Positions 10,605-23,624 are shown, numbered from the stretch's first letter. The stretch is DNA of 64,000 nucleotides from Nemertoderma westbladi (GCA_032718475.1 JAUCBJ010002263.1:28565-92564), one strand, 5' to 3'. Numbers and translations are program-made. The notes: generated by a model from the letters alone, not told the origin.

Positions 10605-11499
10605 CCCTGTGCTGGTCGATCGCTAACAGTGTCCGCAAGCCACAAACGTTCTGGGTTGTCAGCAATGTCAAACGCCGTAATGGTGGCCTCCTCAGTTTGG
10701 CGCCAGGCAGTCTGGCTGTCGGCACTATCAAAGGTGCTATACTGACCTACAGCATATACGCAGCAGATACGCATATATATGGTTACATATCGTTACGTTT
10801 CTACTAGATGAAGCACAAAATAGAGGTTAGATGTGAGGTGACTTAGAGTTTGTCGGCTTTGGCTCAACTTTGCTCTAAACCCCAACCCATTTGCCTAATG
10901 ACTTCGGGTTCGCGTGATTTCGCACTGGCTCCTAATCCAAAAAAATGTGCCGATAAAAATCGAATTCCGGGTAAACTAGCCGCGAGTCTAAAATACTCAC
11001 CTTTTAATTTCCCAAACTACATTCCCAAAAGAAAAATAATGCAGTCGAGAGTTAATTCGGTCTAAATAATAGTAGACACGACTACGTAGAACAAGGCCGG
11101 TTTTCTTTTCCAAAAAAAAGTTTATCGGTAGGCTCGCCAGCCTTCCATCCGCTCTTGTCCTCCCCAATTTTAATTTTATCTAGCTGTATTCTAGAATTCG
11201 CATTCACTGGAGAATCGTTTTTCTTAAATTTAAATCCAACTAAATGGATTTGTCTAATAAATTTTGAAAAATTGTCTCACTTGTGGGTTCCAAGTGGAAT
11301 TCCATTCCTACTGTACACACAATCCCGCTCCTATGTGATATATAAGGGTACTACCCTCCATGTTCACATATAAAGACAATGGAATTCTACCGCTGTCTCT
11401 ATCTACAGTGAAGAGGATTACAAATGCACATACAGTAATACAAATACTAAATTACTAAAATACGGTAGGTCTATGTGGCGGCCAACAAAGGTCCCACAT

Positions 11500-14400
11500 C
11501 TATTTACTAATATTGGGTGGAGATTTGTAGTCTCCTGTCTCGTTTCTAGTCTCCTCAAGGAGCACGAGACGTTGTACAGGTCTGTCTACAGTACGTCCGT
11601 CGATAGTCCTTACAGTAACTGTCCTCACTACACCAGATGTAGGGTGCGTGGTCAAAATGACTCCAGTCAGCCAAAACCGTCTTTTCAGATTGGCTTCAGC
11701 CAATAAAACATGGTCACCACGTCTTAAACATCGGGTATTGAGATACCAAGAGGTTCTGGTCGAAATAGAGGGCAAATAATATTTCTGCCATATTTCCCAG
11801 AATTTATTTGCAAGCAATTGAGTGGTTTTCCAAGCTTTGTTGCCGTATCCGTCGCTATCAACGGGTACCGAAAAGGGCAACAATGTCGTCGGCGCCTGCA
11901 TAAGCAGGTGCGCTGGTGTCAAGGCAAACAGTGCGTCGTTATTGTCTGGGATCAAAGCGATCGGTCTAGTGTTCAAAATCGCTTCGATTTCTATTAACAA
12001 CGTCGTCAGTTGGTCGTCTGTCAGTATGTGTTGCGTCGGTACGACTTTAGCCATAGCTGTCTTAATTGAGCCAATCAGTCTTTCCCAAACGCCGCCTCTC
12101 CACGGACTGTCTGGAGTGTTGAAATACCAAACAATACGGTGAGGATGTAGTTCCTCGGAAATCTGGTTTGGTCCAACTTTCTCAAAGCTCTGGTTATCTC
12201 GTTCCGTGCACCCACAAAGTTTGTCCCTTGGTCGCAGTAAATGGATTTGACCAATCCACGTCTAGCGATAAATCGCCGTAAGGCTAGAATAAAGGCATTG
12301 GTGGTCCAATCTGTCACTCGCTCTATATGGACAGCTCTGCTGGCCATGCAAGTGAAGATCAATCCCCAACGTTTTACCTGTACCATTCCGCGTTTCGCGA
12401 TTATGGGTCCAAAACAGTCTATCCCTGTCTCAGTGAAAGGGGGTCTAAATGCCTGTAATCTTGCTAGTGGTAGTTCACTCATTTCTTGGTGTCCTATCCT
12501 CGCGTGCACCTTCTTACAAATCATACAGTTCCGTGTTACCGAACTCAGTGCCTTACTAGGTCTAATCAGTACAAACCTCGAGCGTAAGTGTGATAGACAG
12601 TGGTGTCTACCCACGTGTTTGAGTTGTACATGTGCGTCCAGTATCATAGCGCGCTGTAATTCATGGTGTTGCGGTATGATGATAGGATACCTAAAGTCTA
12701 GTGCAAAGTCGATGTTTTGGAGTCTGGACTTGTGACAAAGTAAGCCCCGGTAAATAATCGGACTCCAACTCAAAATCGGTGAAGACTTAATCTGTTTACC
12801 TTGGTTGATCGCTGTGAACTCTCGTGCGAAATATCGCAATTGATAATGTCTAATGATATCAACTTCACAATGGCCAACTTCCTTTAAGGTAAGTCTTCTA
12901 GGAAAGTCGCGTTTGCCTCTGGCATATTGTCTCAAACGTTTGAGCCATGCTAACTTGCGGCACGCGTCAGTCCATGATCTAGTTAGGTTTACTATCCGGT
13001 CAACGTAAGTGTTAGTGACGTCATCAGGTAAGGTATAGTCGTATTGTGGATACTTGTCTGGACTTGGTAGGCCCACGGGCCTTCTGGTAGGTTTGTCTGA
13101 GTCCCCAAGTACGTCAATCTTTACGGTCTTACCTTTACCGTCCGCACCTAATGTGTCGACTGGCAGTAACGGTTTCAACTCTACAGTGTCAGTGTGTTCC
13201 TGTGAGCCTGTAAGCTTCCTAACCTTAGTCACACGTTTACCTGTAGGTGGTAAGTCAAGTACCTTCTTTGAGCGGAGTGTGATCGCTGTGGCCACACCTT
13301 TGTCGTCCAAAGAAGTCAAATTCGGTAAGTCTCTAAATTTCCGCTCCAATGGGTCTTCTAGTGGAGTGTCTAGTAGACAGTCTGGTGAAGCGTCCGGTGA
13401 ACAGTCTGGTGAGACGTCTGGTGAGGCATAGCGCGGAACTTCCAGCGAAATGTCTTGTCGTCGGTCCCAAGGTCTGTCTGGCGTAACTTCTAGCAGAAAG
13501 TCTGGTCCAAAGTCTGGTGGACAGTCTGTCGAGATGTCTGGTGGAAAGTCTGGTGAGACGTCTGGTAGACATTCTGTCGAGAGTTCCATCAAACAGTCTG
13601 GCGAACAATCCGGAGAACAATCTGGTGTCACTTCTGGTGAATAATCTGGCGAGTAATCTGGTGAACAATCCGGCGAAACGTCTGGTGAAATCTCCCGCGG
13701 AACATCCGGCGAAAGATTCGTACAAGCGTCTGGTCGAGTGTCTGGTGAGACGTCTGGCATAATGTCAGGTCTGGCGTCCAGGTCATCAGATTTCGTCCGT
13801 CCTTGTTTCCTCTTGACCTTGGCGTTGGCTTTCGCTTTGGACTTGACAACCTTGTCGATTTTTATCTCGGCACCCTCTGGTATGGTGTTGGTTGTCGCGT
13901 CGAATAACGGTGGCCATTCGTCTGATGGTCGCTGTAGGAACTCGGGTCCTCTAAACCAAAAGGATTTATTGTCCGGTTTACAAAAGTCAAGCGGTTGCAT
14001 CCCCCGTGACGCGATGTCAGCTGGGTTCAGCTTCCCTGGACAGTGACGCCAATCTTGTTTGAGCGACCGGTCTAATATTTCAGCCCGTCTGTTGGCTACG
14101 AAAGTCTTGAACTCAAATGCTTCGTTGTTTATGTACCAAAGTACCAACGTCGCATCCGTCCAATATGTGACCTTTAAGTTAGCCTCCAGCTCGCGTTGAA
14201 CTAGACTGACAATATCGGTGGATATCGTCCCGGCTCGCAGCTCCCCACAAGGTACAGTCATATACTTCAATGGCATTGTTCTAGCTCTTGAAGTAACGAG
14301 AGACACTTCGTAGCTGTCCGATGTCACTTGTCGTCTAAGGTACAAAGTAACCCCCAATCCATCCTTGCTAGCGTCACTAAAGCTGTGAAGCTCTAAATCG

Positions 14401-17400
14401 GCTGGAAAGGTGGTTTGCAAAGGAAAGTATACCCTCGGTATGGTATAGTCTTGTAGGAAAGTCAGTTGGGCTTCCCAGTCCCTCCATCGCTCAGCTAACT
14501 TTTCTGGGATGGGATCGTCCCATTCCAATCCGGCTTGCCAAATGCTGCGGAGTATGATCCTAGCATGTAGGATCACTGGACTAATGAAACACAATGGGTC
14601 ATACAATCGACTCATGGTCGATAAGCAAGTCCTCTTAGTGAGAGGTCTAGTCTGGTCGTTGGACCTTACACGTACCCTAAAATTGTCGGTGTTAGGGTCC
14701 CAAATAAGTCCTAATACTTTGGTCGTCGGCAGAGGTTCTAGGTCTAAGTCTAAGTCACCTCCGCTGCGATCCGTCGGGTCAAATGAGTTCACCAGTTTGG
14801 GTTCGTTGGAAGCGAACTTCGTCAGGTGGAATCCGCCCTCAGCGAGACAATCTTGGAGTTGGTGTGCTACGGTTGTAACGCGCTCCAAGGTGTCACAACT
14901 CTTGAGGCCGTCATCCACGTAGAAATCTCGTTCCACTGTCCGAACTACTTCTGGGTCAAATTGGTCTCGTCTGTCCAATGCGGTCTGCTTTAAGGCGTAC
15001 ATGGTGCAGTTGGGGCTGTCCCTGGCTCCGAAGACTCTTACCTGCATTTGGTAAGTTTCTGGCGGAAGTTCTAAATTTCCGTCCGGATACCAAAGAAACC
15101 TCAAGCTGTCCCTGTCCCGCTCCAAAGCCTTAACCTGGTGAAACATGGCCTCTACGTCACAGGTGAAAGCCACTTTGCGTTGTCTAAAACGCATTAGGAC
15201 TCCCATGAGGTAATTGTTCATATTCGGCCCGTCCATCAGTTCGCTGTTCATAGACATCCCTTGGTAAAGCGCGGCGCAGTCGTTGACTACACGCACCTTG
15301 CCAGGTTTGTCCGGGTGTCGAACAAAATGATGTGGCAGGTAATATGTCTGGTCTGTGGTTACCTCGGGATTTAACATCCTAATGGCGTATCCCCTTTGGA
15401 GATACGTCTGAAGTTGTGCATTGTATTGCATATGGGCCGTCTCGTCTCGCAACAATCGCTGCCTTATTGATTTGAGTCGCCTCAAAGCAAGCGGGTAATT
15501 GTTAACGAGTTTAGGTTGTCCATTGCGCCACAACATACCAACCTCATAGTGGCCATTCGCGGTCTGGCGAATGGTATCTCTCATAATATTTAATGACCGT
15601 TTTTCCTGTTCTGAAATAGCGGTCTCGTAACTACCGGGTTCTGCTGAGTCCTGTTCCAACCATTGAATGGTCCGTTCAGTCAGCAGTCGGTCTAGCGCTG
15701 CTTGCACTGCGCCATGGTCCTCGTGCACGTCTTCGTCCGCTGCGGTGGCTAGTGTCAATGCGTCTGGTAGGCTCGCAAGCCTTCCGGTGTCACTCGTCGG
15801 CGTCGAATCGTCGTGCGGCGGTTTGACAACTTCTTGATCTATCGGTAGGCTTGCAAGCCTTCCAAGATCAACGACCGGTGTCGAAGCCTGGTGGGTGGGG
15901 TCAATGACCTTTGGATTTTTCGGTAGGCTCGCAAGCCTTCCAAAATCCTCGTTCATCGAGTCATCCACAGCAACAACCCTTTGGTCTTCGGTAGTCAATA
16001 CAACCTGGTTTACTGCAAGTAGTTGTAAGTCAGAGGTCCATGTGGTCGTGTCCAGATCAGTTACGTCAGTATCGGTGGCGTCTGCGTTAGCGACACAAGT
16101 CTGTCGTAGTGCCGTCCGTACAATTGGACCACGGGAGTGTGAAGGAGAGTTATCTATCGTAGTAGTCAATAAACTACATGTACTCAAAACATCGTCCTCC
16201 TGGTCACTTACCTCTAGTGAACGTATTGGTGCTCTAGTATACCAACCTATGGGAGTTCTACATGCGTAGGGGTTGCCCGCTGTAATAACAGATGGGCGTG
16301 TCTCCCATACCTGATGTAAGTTAAACTGGTCTGTCCCAATTAACATCGCAATGGAACGATAATTAACAGGACATTCTGGTATTCCAAGGTGTCGGAAATA
16401 CTTACGATCTTCCGGTGATTGCTCTGGCACAGGGCCGAGCAAGTTACTAAAGTCCTTCGTAGCTGCAAAGGTCAAATTTCTTACCGGAAGTAACGAGCGC
16501 TCCTCCTTGCTGTGTTCCGCTTTGGAAAGAAGAGTGTCTAAGGTTAGTTTTACTCTTGTCACAGGAATCGCTCGCTTACCATGCATGCTGCTTACAGTGT
16601 ACTGAGCAGTCTTACCTTTACTCATGTCCGTAACCACGTCGGCTACTTGTTCGTCGACATAACTGTGTGATGACGTAGAGTCTAAGATAGCGTATATACG
16701 CTTGCTCCCTCGGGTTCCGGTAATCTTTATAGGAATCACGCTAAACCCTTTCAATTGGTTCTGTGTGAGGAGCGTTACCGATGGTTGTTCCTCACCTGCA
16801 TGCACGTAGAAAGTGACGTCTTCCTCCTCGTCCTCGTCCGATCATCCTGACTGATCCATACAGTCCGTGTAAAATGTACGGATCTCGCGCGGCGCACGCT
16901 CTTTATATAATGTGTCGCATCTAGCCGCTTTATCTGGATGCTCTCGTCGAAAGCGTCTGGTCGGAGTATGACTAGTTGTGTGAAGCAACGCGTCATGGTT
17001 ACGTCCACATAGAGGACATGTATCGTCGCTCGGGCAATCCTTCCGGACGTGTCCTGGTTTCGTACATCTCCAGCAGGAATCTAACGATCGAATTTGGAGT
17101 CTCCTTTCTTCGATCCCTAACTCCTTAAAAGCGCGACATCCACGAAGTTTATGTCCGCTTTGGTTTCTGCCGTTCCGCTCGCAGTATGAGCATCCCACAA
17201 AGTCCGCCGGCAACTGTTGTCGAGGCTGCGTGGTGCCGATAGGCGTCAGAACTTTAGAAGTCTCAGTAGGGGTGGCGTAGGTAACGGCTTTCGCGTTCGT
17301 CGGAAATGGTTTAGTCCGATTCGGCGCAGAAATAGCTATCCCTTCTGCCGCGATATGGTGATCAGTATAATTCGATCGGGTCTCGATCACGGCCTCCCGC

Positions 17401-20348
17401 GAAATCAGTTGATAGACGTTGGTAAGTTTTAATAACCCTCCGGCCTCTTCACGCTGGTACTCGATGCGTTGCCATTCTCGTCGGAGTCGATGATGAAGTC
17501 GACCGATTATCCTGATGAGAACCGTCGGTGCGTTAGCATACTCGAGTTGTCCAATGGACCGTAAAGTCCCTATAGCATTCTTGATTTCGTCCGCGAGTCG
17601 TAGAAGATCGATCGGTTTCGAAATGCTGCCTCCTCTACAGAGGTCTTCGATAATGGATTTAGCCATGGCGACATTACCTCCGTAAATCGAATATAAACGG
17701 TCGTACGCTAACTCAAAGGCATCAGGAACACCAATAAAGGTTTCCGCTAATCGTTTCGGCTCACCAGACAGGACTAGGAGCAAGTAATTAAACTTCTCCG
17801 TCGAGGTGAAAGCACACTTAGCGATCTGGGACTCTACGTAGTCTACCATTGTGCGCCAGTGTTTCGCGTTGCCAGAGAACTTTGGCGGTTGCTGTGCCGG
17901 TAATCCGTGTCTAGCCGCGAATTTCGCAATCTCGCTAACCAAATCCAACTGTCCGCGTCCCTGTTCGGTGGCGTCGTCCAGTCGCTCCCTTCCGCGTGTT
18001 GTTCGTCGGTAGGAATTATTAACGGGATCTTCTTCTCGATGTGTCGGAGTCTGTCTAGTCTCCTGTTCTCGCCTTGGTAGTCAATGTTGTCTAGGTTGTT
18101 CTAACTCCATGCTGGTTCGTGATCGATCCGACGGTTGCGCTTCGAGTCGATCTTCGAGTTGAGCTAGTCGGTCCGTCATCTCGGTGAACTGTTTGGCGCT
18201 GATCGTTTCCGGTGGTTTCAACGTGGGTTTCTGCAAAGGTGTTTCTCGTGGAGGATTCTCGATGTAGGGGTTTGTCGATCGTTCCTCCCGTTTGTAATCC
18301 GCTGTCTCTGCCGCTCCAGTACGGAATATTTCCCGTTCCGTTGACTCCGAGTCACTGGATGAGTCGCTTTCGTCCGGATAAGGTGGCTGGCGGTTTCGCG
18401 TTCAGCGTATTACTTTTGGTCTCGTTCGCTGAGGTCTAGAGTCTACGGTTCTCCGTCGTTCGGTAGGCTCGCAAGCCTTCCACGAAGTCGTAGGTCTCGT
18501 TATACGTTGTTCGATCCCGTGGGTACTACCCACATCCATCCTCCTCCGTAGTTCGGTAGGCTCGCAAGCCTTCCACAAAGTCGTAGGTTGCGTCGAACAT
18601 TGTGTCAAAGGTCGAGTGAAATAGTCGGGTTTCGTAGTCGGTCTATAAATAACTGGGTTCGCACAGCACATCACAGGTTTAACTTGTAATGGTTTACTCA
18701 CCTGTTTAATTGTCATAAACGCAGGTTCCTCTCTTCCTACAAGTAGACTACGACTTACTGTAGGTGGACTAGTTATGTTACCTGCTAAAATTGGCGATGA
18801 AGTTGCCCTAGGTTGCAGTATTTCCGTCACAACAAACCTGTTGCCTTGCGTCGAACGCACAGGCGTTATTTCCATAGGTTTCGTAACAAAGACCGGTTTT
18901 ATCGAAGTCGTGGGTTTGAGCATAGGAATAACTTGGGGAAAACGTTTACAGTAATCCTCGACGAACTCCTCTCCTCGATCTATCGCTTCCACACTTCCTT
19001 CCTCGATTTGCTTCTGAATTCCGTGATATCGAGCTTCCATGCGATCCAGGGCAGACAAGTCGTGTCCAGCTCGCGATCTTATAGATCTATCTCTCGCGTC
19101 GAGTTCAAGGTCCGCTTGCGCGTTCGCTGCCTCGCGCGAACTACGATTCAGCTCGAACTGTAGTTGCATCTCCCTTTCGCATCGATCCGCTACTTGTTGT
19201 TGTGCCGCTAACTCCGCTTCCTGTATAGCTAAACGAGTGTTTATTTGTCGCGCCTCCAACTTGGCGCGAGCATCGGATGCTGCTTTCTTCCGTGCTAATT
19301 CGTCGGCTGCCGCCGCCGCGGCTGCTTCTTGCGCTAAGTCTTCCTCCAGTCTTCTCATCTCTGAGGATTCTAATTCGGCTTGCGCCTTGAGTTGCGCAAT
19401 TCTCGCCTCATCCTCTCTATATTGTTTCTCTCCCTCGATGGCGATCTGTGCCATCCTCTGTTGCGTTTCTTCCTCGACGACTTGTTGTCGGCGTGCAACC
19501 TCCTGTTGTTGTCGAGTAATTACAGACGCTGTTCTACTAACGTCGCCAACGTCGCCAACATCTCTCCGTACACTAACAAACGATCTATCCAGTGGTGGAA
19601 TTTGGTAGGCTCGCGAGCCTTCCGTAGTAAGAACTTCCGTCGTCCCTCGCGGTTCGACTTCCGGTTCTTCGATTGGTACGCCGCATCTACGAAGAAAATT
19701 GGTGAGCGTCTCTAACCTCCCGTCCAGGCAGTAGAGTTCTTCTTCCTCTTCGGGTTGTAACACCGCGTCCGAAACTGACTCACCTAGCAGTTGGTCGAAC
19801 TGCTCCTGTTGAGCCAATCTTATCACCGACTTAAACTGAATAAGGCTTTCTCTCGCACTTACCAACTTGTCTATTATCTTTACCTGAGTAAAGTTATCGC
19901 CACGCAACTCTGCAAGTTCGTGTAAACCTTTAAGTTTATCTACGGAGGCATGTACCCTACCTTCTATCCTTACCTGTAAGGTGTAGAACTCGTATCTCGA
20001 CATCGGGGCGGTTAACTTGCGTAAAACGCGAAAACCTTCTCCGAGGTTCCGGGTAATCTGGGCCATGTGTCCTCCTATACTCCTAATAACGTTCTCCTGG
20101 CTTCCAGTCGAACTTACCATGTCTGGTTCCCGTGATCTGGTCTGCGGGATGGTAAGGAAATCTTCAATTCTGCCGTCGCCAAGCGTTGCAGCTTCCGGTA
20201 TTTCCGTTCGGGGTACCGGCGACGCATGCGGTGTGACATCGGTGGAATCTCGGGTTCTCCTTCTCGGTTCGTCTACTGTCGATCTGTCCTGGTCGCACGA
20301 GTCATAGTCGGTAGGTGGGTATCGAGTCGAATGGGGTGTGTCACTCAT
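11500..20348 (-). pseudogene. BEL/Pao gag-pol polyprotein of element 1 (3 in-frame stops, frameshift in integrase near 12160)
   Basis: Coiled-coil N-terminus; Gag PKFSG..EKFNYL; CCHC knuckles; protease AILDSTSSHSY; RT FYVDD; Pao RNase H HSFSDAS; IN H..H..CMIC, GIDCFGP, YCDQGTNF, E.ILNTRP. ORF pieces 18402-20348, 16842-17948 and 12075-16805 share one frame. Confidence 0.93.
13370..13770. repeat. 12-bp coding repeat (xSPD tetrapeptide) in RNase H-integrase linker
   Basis: TCTGGTGARACG-like units; protein SPDVSPDCSPDYSPDY. Confidence 0.85.
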
Positions 20349-21772
20349 GTCTTATTATATACGTCAAGTACGGGTAATAAAATGTCAAAGTATCTGAATG
20401 TTGAAATGTTAAACTTACCTTGGTATATATAGTATATATATACCCTAACCGGTACAAATAAATCAACAAAGTCAGAATGTCGAAATGTCGAAATTTCCAA
20501 ATGTCAAACTTACCTTGATATATATATATATCTTATATATACCCTAACCGGTACAAATAAAACTAACAAAGTATATAATAAAATAAGTAATAATCTAGCC
20601 TACCGGCTAAATTTGTACGAATAAATGAGATAACGGTATACGTTACCAAAATGTAGATCAACAAGTTCAAATAATAGGCAAAACAGCAACGTCTAACGGG
20701 AAAATAAGTACCAACAACACTACTAATAGACAGTGAAACCCACAAATTTTGAGTACTACTGTGCTTTCTTAAGTTTGAACGACACGAGTCGTAAAACTTA
20801 CGCTCCTTTGATCTTCCAGTCGTGCAAATTCCCAAATACAAACCGGACGTGGGTCGTTCCGTTTTTCGGCGGCGCGGACGAATTTTTTGTCTCCCAACAT
20901 TGCGAAAAGCGGTCTAATCCTCGAAGCGGTCCAGAAATGAGTCCTTGAGTCCTGAAAAGTCGAAGGTGAGAGTTTTACTTCTACGCTACGAAAATTCTTC
21001 CTAGGTACTGATACAACTTGGTCTTTAAACCCTATGTACCTTTTCAAGTACCGAAAAGTAACACCGCACACACACGGCGTAAAACAAAGTGCTACAAACT
21101 AACTATTAGCTAGTCAAATATTAAATGCAAAAGTTCTAGCTACCCTAAAAGCCTACTGAAGCAGGGGACATTCTACAAATTACTAAATTTACTAACCTTA
21201 AATTTTTAAATATCTCCTACTTTCAATAGCTAACAGTATGTGAGAGACCTCACGGTTGGGATCAATACTATACGCTAATTTGTATAATATATACCTCACT
21301 GTTGTGTCCTCTACGGTAGGGACTACCCTACAGCCTACAAATCTACCAATACGAAGCTATAGAATATCTCTATCCATAAAGTCCAGTAGCATACCGCTTA
21401 CCAGATCCTAGTAACGATGTATCTTACTATGAGACTCTAGTAATGAAACGGGCTCGTACAGTATCTGACAACAAATCCCAGTCCAGGATATCTAAACAAA
21501 CAGATACAATACACAAACTACTACTGGCGAGGAGCAGAGCCTGGTGTCTATTCTATGTACGTGGGCGGGTCTAATGCCTACGTACTAGACAAAAGGATAC
21601 CTGTCCTCTAACCGGTATGGCAGATGTACAGTTACAGTAACAGACCAAACTCACGGGAAAACAATCCCCGCGCAGCGAATCCTAACTATCGCTGACAGTC
21701 CTAAATACAGTAACTTGCCGCGGTGTGATTTATATGGTTTATATACGAGCTAGGTGGGTTACGGCCCTAGCG

Positions 21773-21946
21773 TAACAATAACTGATCCCCCTGTCTGAAT
21801 CAGCCTAAAAGGTCGTGCCTAAATGTAACAATAACTGATCTCCCTGCACGAAATCAGTCTAAAAGGTCGTGCCTAAATGTAACAATAACTGATCCCCCTG
21901 TACGAAATCAGTCTAAAAAGTCAGGCCTAAATGTAACAATAACTGC
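21773..21946. repeat. ~56-bp tandem repeat (3-4 copies) inside element 1 LTR
   Basis: GTAACAATAACTGATC...AAAAGGTCGTGCCTAAAT recurs. Confidence 0.8.
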
Positions 21947-23124
21947 TGCGCAGAAAACAACAGTTTAATAACGAAAATGAAATGCTCCCTCTTGCCGTAA
22001 CTAAATATCTGATCCTAATTTACAAATACAGATAATTTCTGCCTAAAGTAATCTAAAGTGCGCTATAACTAGTAGAAACTCTAAGGGTAGATATGTTTTA
22101 GGGCGTGTGTGTGTGGGTGTGTTACAAATAAAACAATTTTGGTGTATCCTTTCACTAGGTTTTAGTAATTCTCTGACCGAAATAATACCGTGCGCTAGCT
22201 ACTAAAATAAACTAGTCGCGTTTTGTTGAACTTTATACTAACAAATGACGTCAAAGCTCTCTCCTTCCTATCCACAACTCAAATGGGCAACCACGGTGTT
22301 AATAACTACACCCGTGATCGGCACAAATACCAGATTCTGGTTGTAAGATAAGAAATAGGGATTAATTGCTACCGTACGTTAGCTGATCTGGTATACGAAT
22401 TTGATTCTAGAACTTTGTTGCCGCGGTAGTTAGCAGCAATACCTATCAGTACGTGGCAAGGCGCGGTAGGATATTAATAAAAACCTCCCTAGGCCAAGCG
22501 GTGTGCCGGTAGCAGAAATGCTCCTTGCCTGATCAAATAACCAACTTCAGGCAGGGGGGGGGGGGGGGTACTAATGTATGCTCTACAAAGCGAACCGGTA
22601 CCAAACGGTCAGTACTGCGAATCACTAAATTATGGAAACATATGCTGTCTGTACCTAATATGTACTCGCGTACTGACGGACGGCAATAATTCGCTTCTAC
22701 CTACTTACCTGTGAGGTATACAGGTAACCCAGGGGTTCGCAGGACTGGCAAAGGGGGAGGGGGGGGTTTTCTGCCTAAAATGTAGTTATTTGATCCTAAA
22801 TTTGCGGCGTCCCAGGACGACGTCATGCTTACCCTGATCTATAGGTCTTACGGCGGGCAAGGGCTTCAAACAAAGTCTTACCTTCCTCATAAAGCGGGCG
22901 CTGCATGGCAAGTGGAGCATTTCGAAGGGCGAAGGGGTGTGCGGTCCAAGTTAAAGTGGGCGCTAGCGTGTTGTGGACATCTTTTCCCTGCGTTGCTGAC
23001 GGCCTAACGGTCTAGGCGGTCATCTTCCCGATGTTTGGCTGTCCCAAAGTTGGACCAAAGAAAAACATGTTCAGGAGTTTACAAATATATTTACAGTTTA
23101 CGAAGTTAATTGTGATTGTACAAG

Positions 23125-23292
23125 TAGTGATAACCGAAGGCAAACCAGCCCTTTATATACTAAATCTGGGACATAGAATTCGCTAGAACCTCCTAGAATA
23201 TTCGATGGCCTCACATTGGAGCAATAAGATATTCCATGCCTTATGATTGGCCTAACTCATCCTTCGATACGTTGTACGCACCTCATTGGCTT
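23125..23292 (-). promoter_or_regulatory. Pol II promoter in element 1 LTR: CCAAT boxes, heat-shock element, TATA
   Basis: Minus-strand TATATAAA at 23152-23159; nGAAn/nTTCn array at 23175-23204; three ATTGG upstream; TCACTACTT initiator-like shared with element 2. Confidence 0.6.
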
Positions 23293-23334
23293 ACCAATTT
23301 GTACCAAATGAAAATAAATGGCCCCAAAATACAA

Positions 23335-23410
23335 ATTTCCCGACCAAGATTCGAACTCGTAACCTATGTAATGCAACCAACGCCTTAACCATCTGACCAC
23401 TACGCCACGA
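23335..23410 (-). ncRNA. tRNA-derived Pol III A/B-box unit in U3 of element 1 5' LTR
   Basis: Copy of 440-515. Confidence 0.6.
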
Positions 23411-23544
23411 GAGTAACTAGGGGTTTTATGTATACAAATATGAATAGGCATATTACATTACTGTAACTTAATCAACATGCGTCGGATTTTCGAAAGTTTT
23501 TACGTTATACTACAAATGCTATTCTATAGTGAAATAATTCATCA

Positions 23545-23624
23545 CGCGAGATTAATTATTTTCTCGCGAGTTTAATCATTTATCTCGCGAGATTAATTAT
23601 TTTCGCGCGAGTTTAATCATTTAT
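23545..23624. repeat. 80-bp remnant (4 units) of the TCTCGCGAG satellite between the two BEL elements
   Basis: Same 20/21-bp units as 40280-46106. Confidence 0.95.

Larger units (their letters stand above)
6328..10766 (-). mobile_element. Non-LTR retrotransposon, CRE-like (R2 superfamily, RT plus restriction-like endonuclease), nested in element 1
   Basis: 13-bp TSD ATACGCATATATA at 6315-6327 and 10767-10779. The flanks rejoin to match element 2 at ~35950-36000. GC-richer than the host element. Confidence 0.9.
1..23544 (-). mobile_element. BEL/Pao LTR retrotransposon, element 1 (3' LTR runs off the left edge of the window)
   Basis: 1-649 is repeated at 22896-23544 (4 substitutions seen). 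Gag-PR-RT-RNaseH-IN order on the minus strand with Pao-type motifs. LTR begins TGATG on the minus strand. Confidence 0.95.
21412..23544 (-). repeat. 5' LTR of element 1 (outer end certain, inner end inferred)
   Basis: 22896-23544 matches 1-649. Inner end inferred from blocks shared with the element 2 LTR (ACCATATAAATCACACCGCGGCAA, TAGGATTCGCTGCGCGGG) and the TTA|CTAGG vs TTA|GTAGG junction. Confidence 0.7.

Noticed and set aside
10670-10710. Hammerhead ribozyme at the 5' end of the CRE-like element (CTGAGGA core)
   Set aside because: No GAAA after the putative stem II; the core is incomplete.
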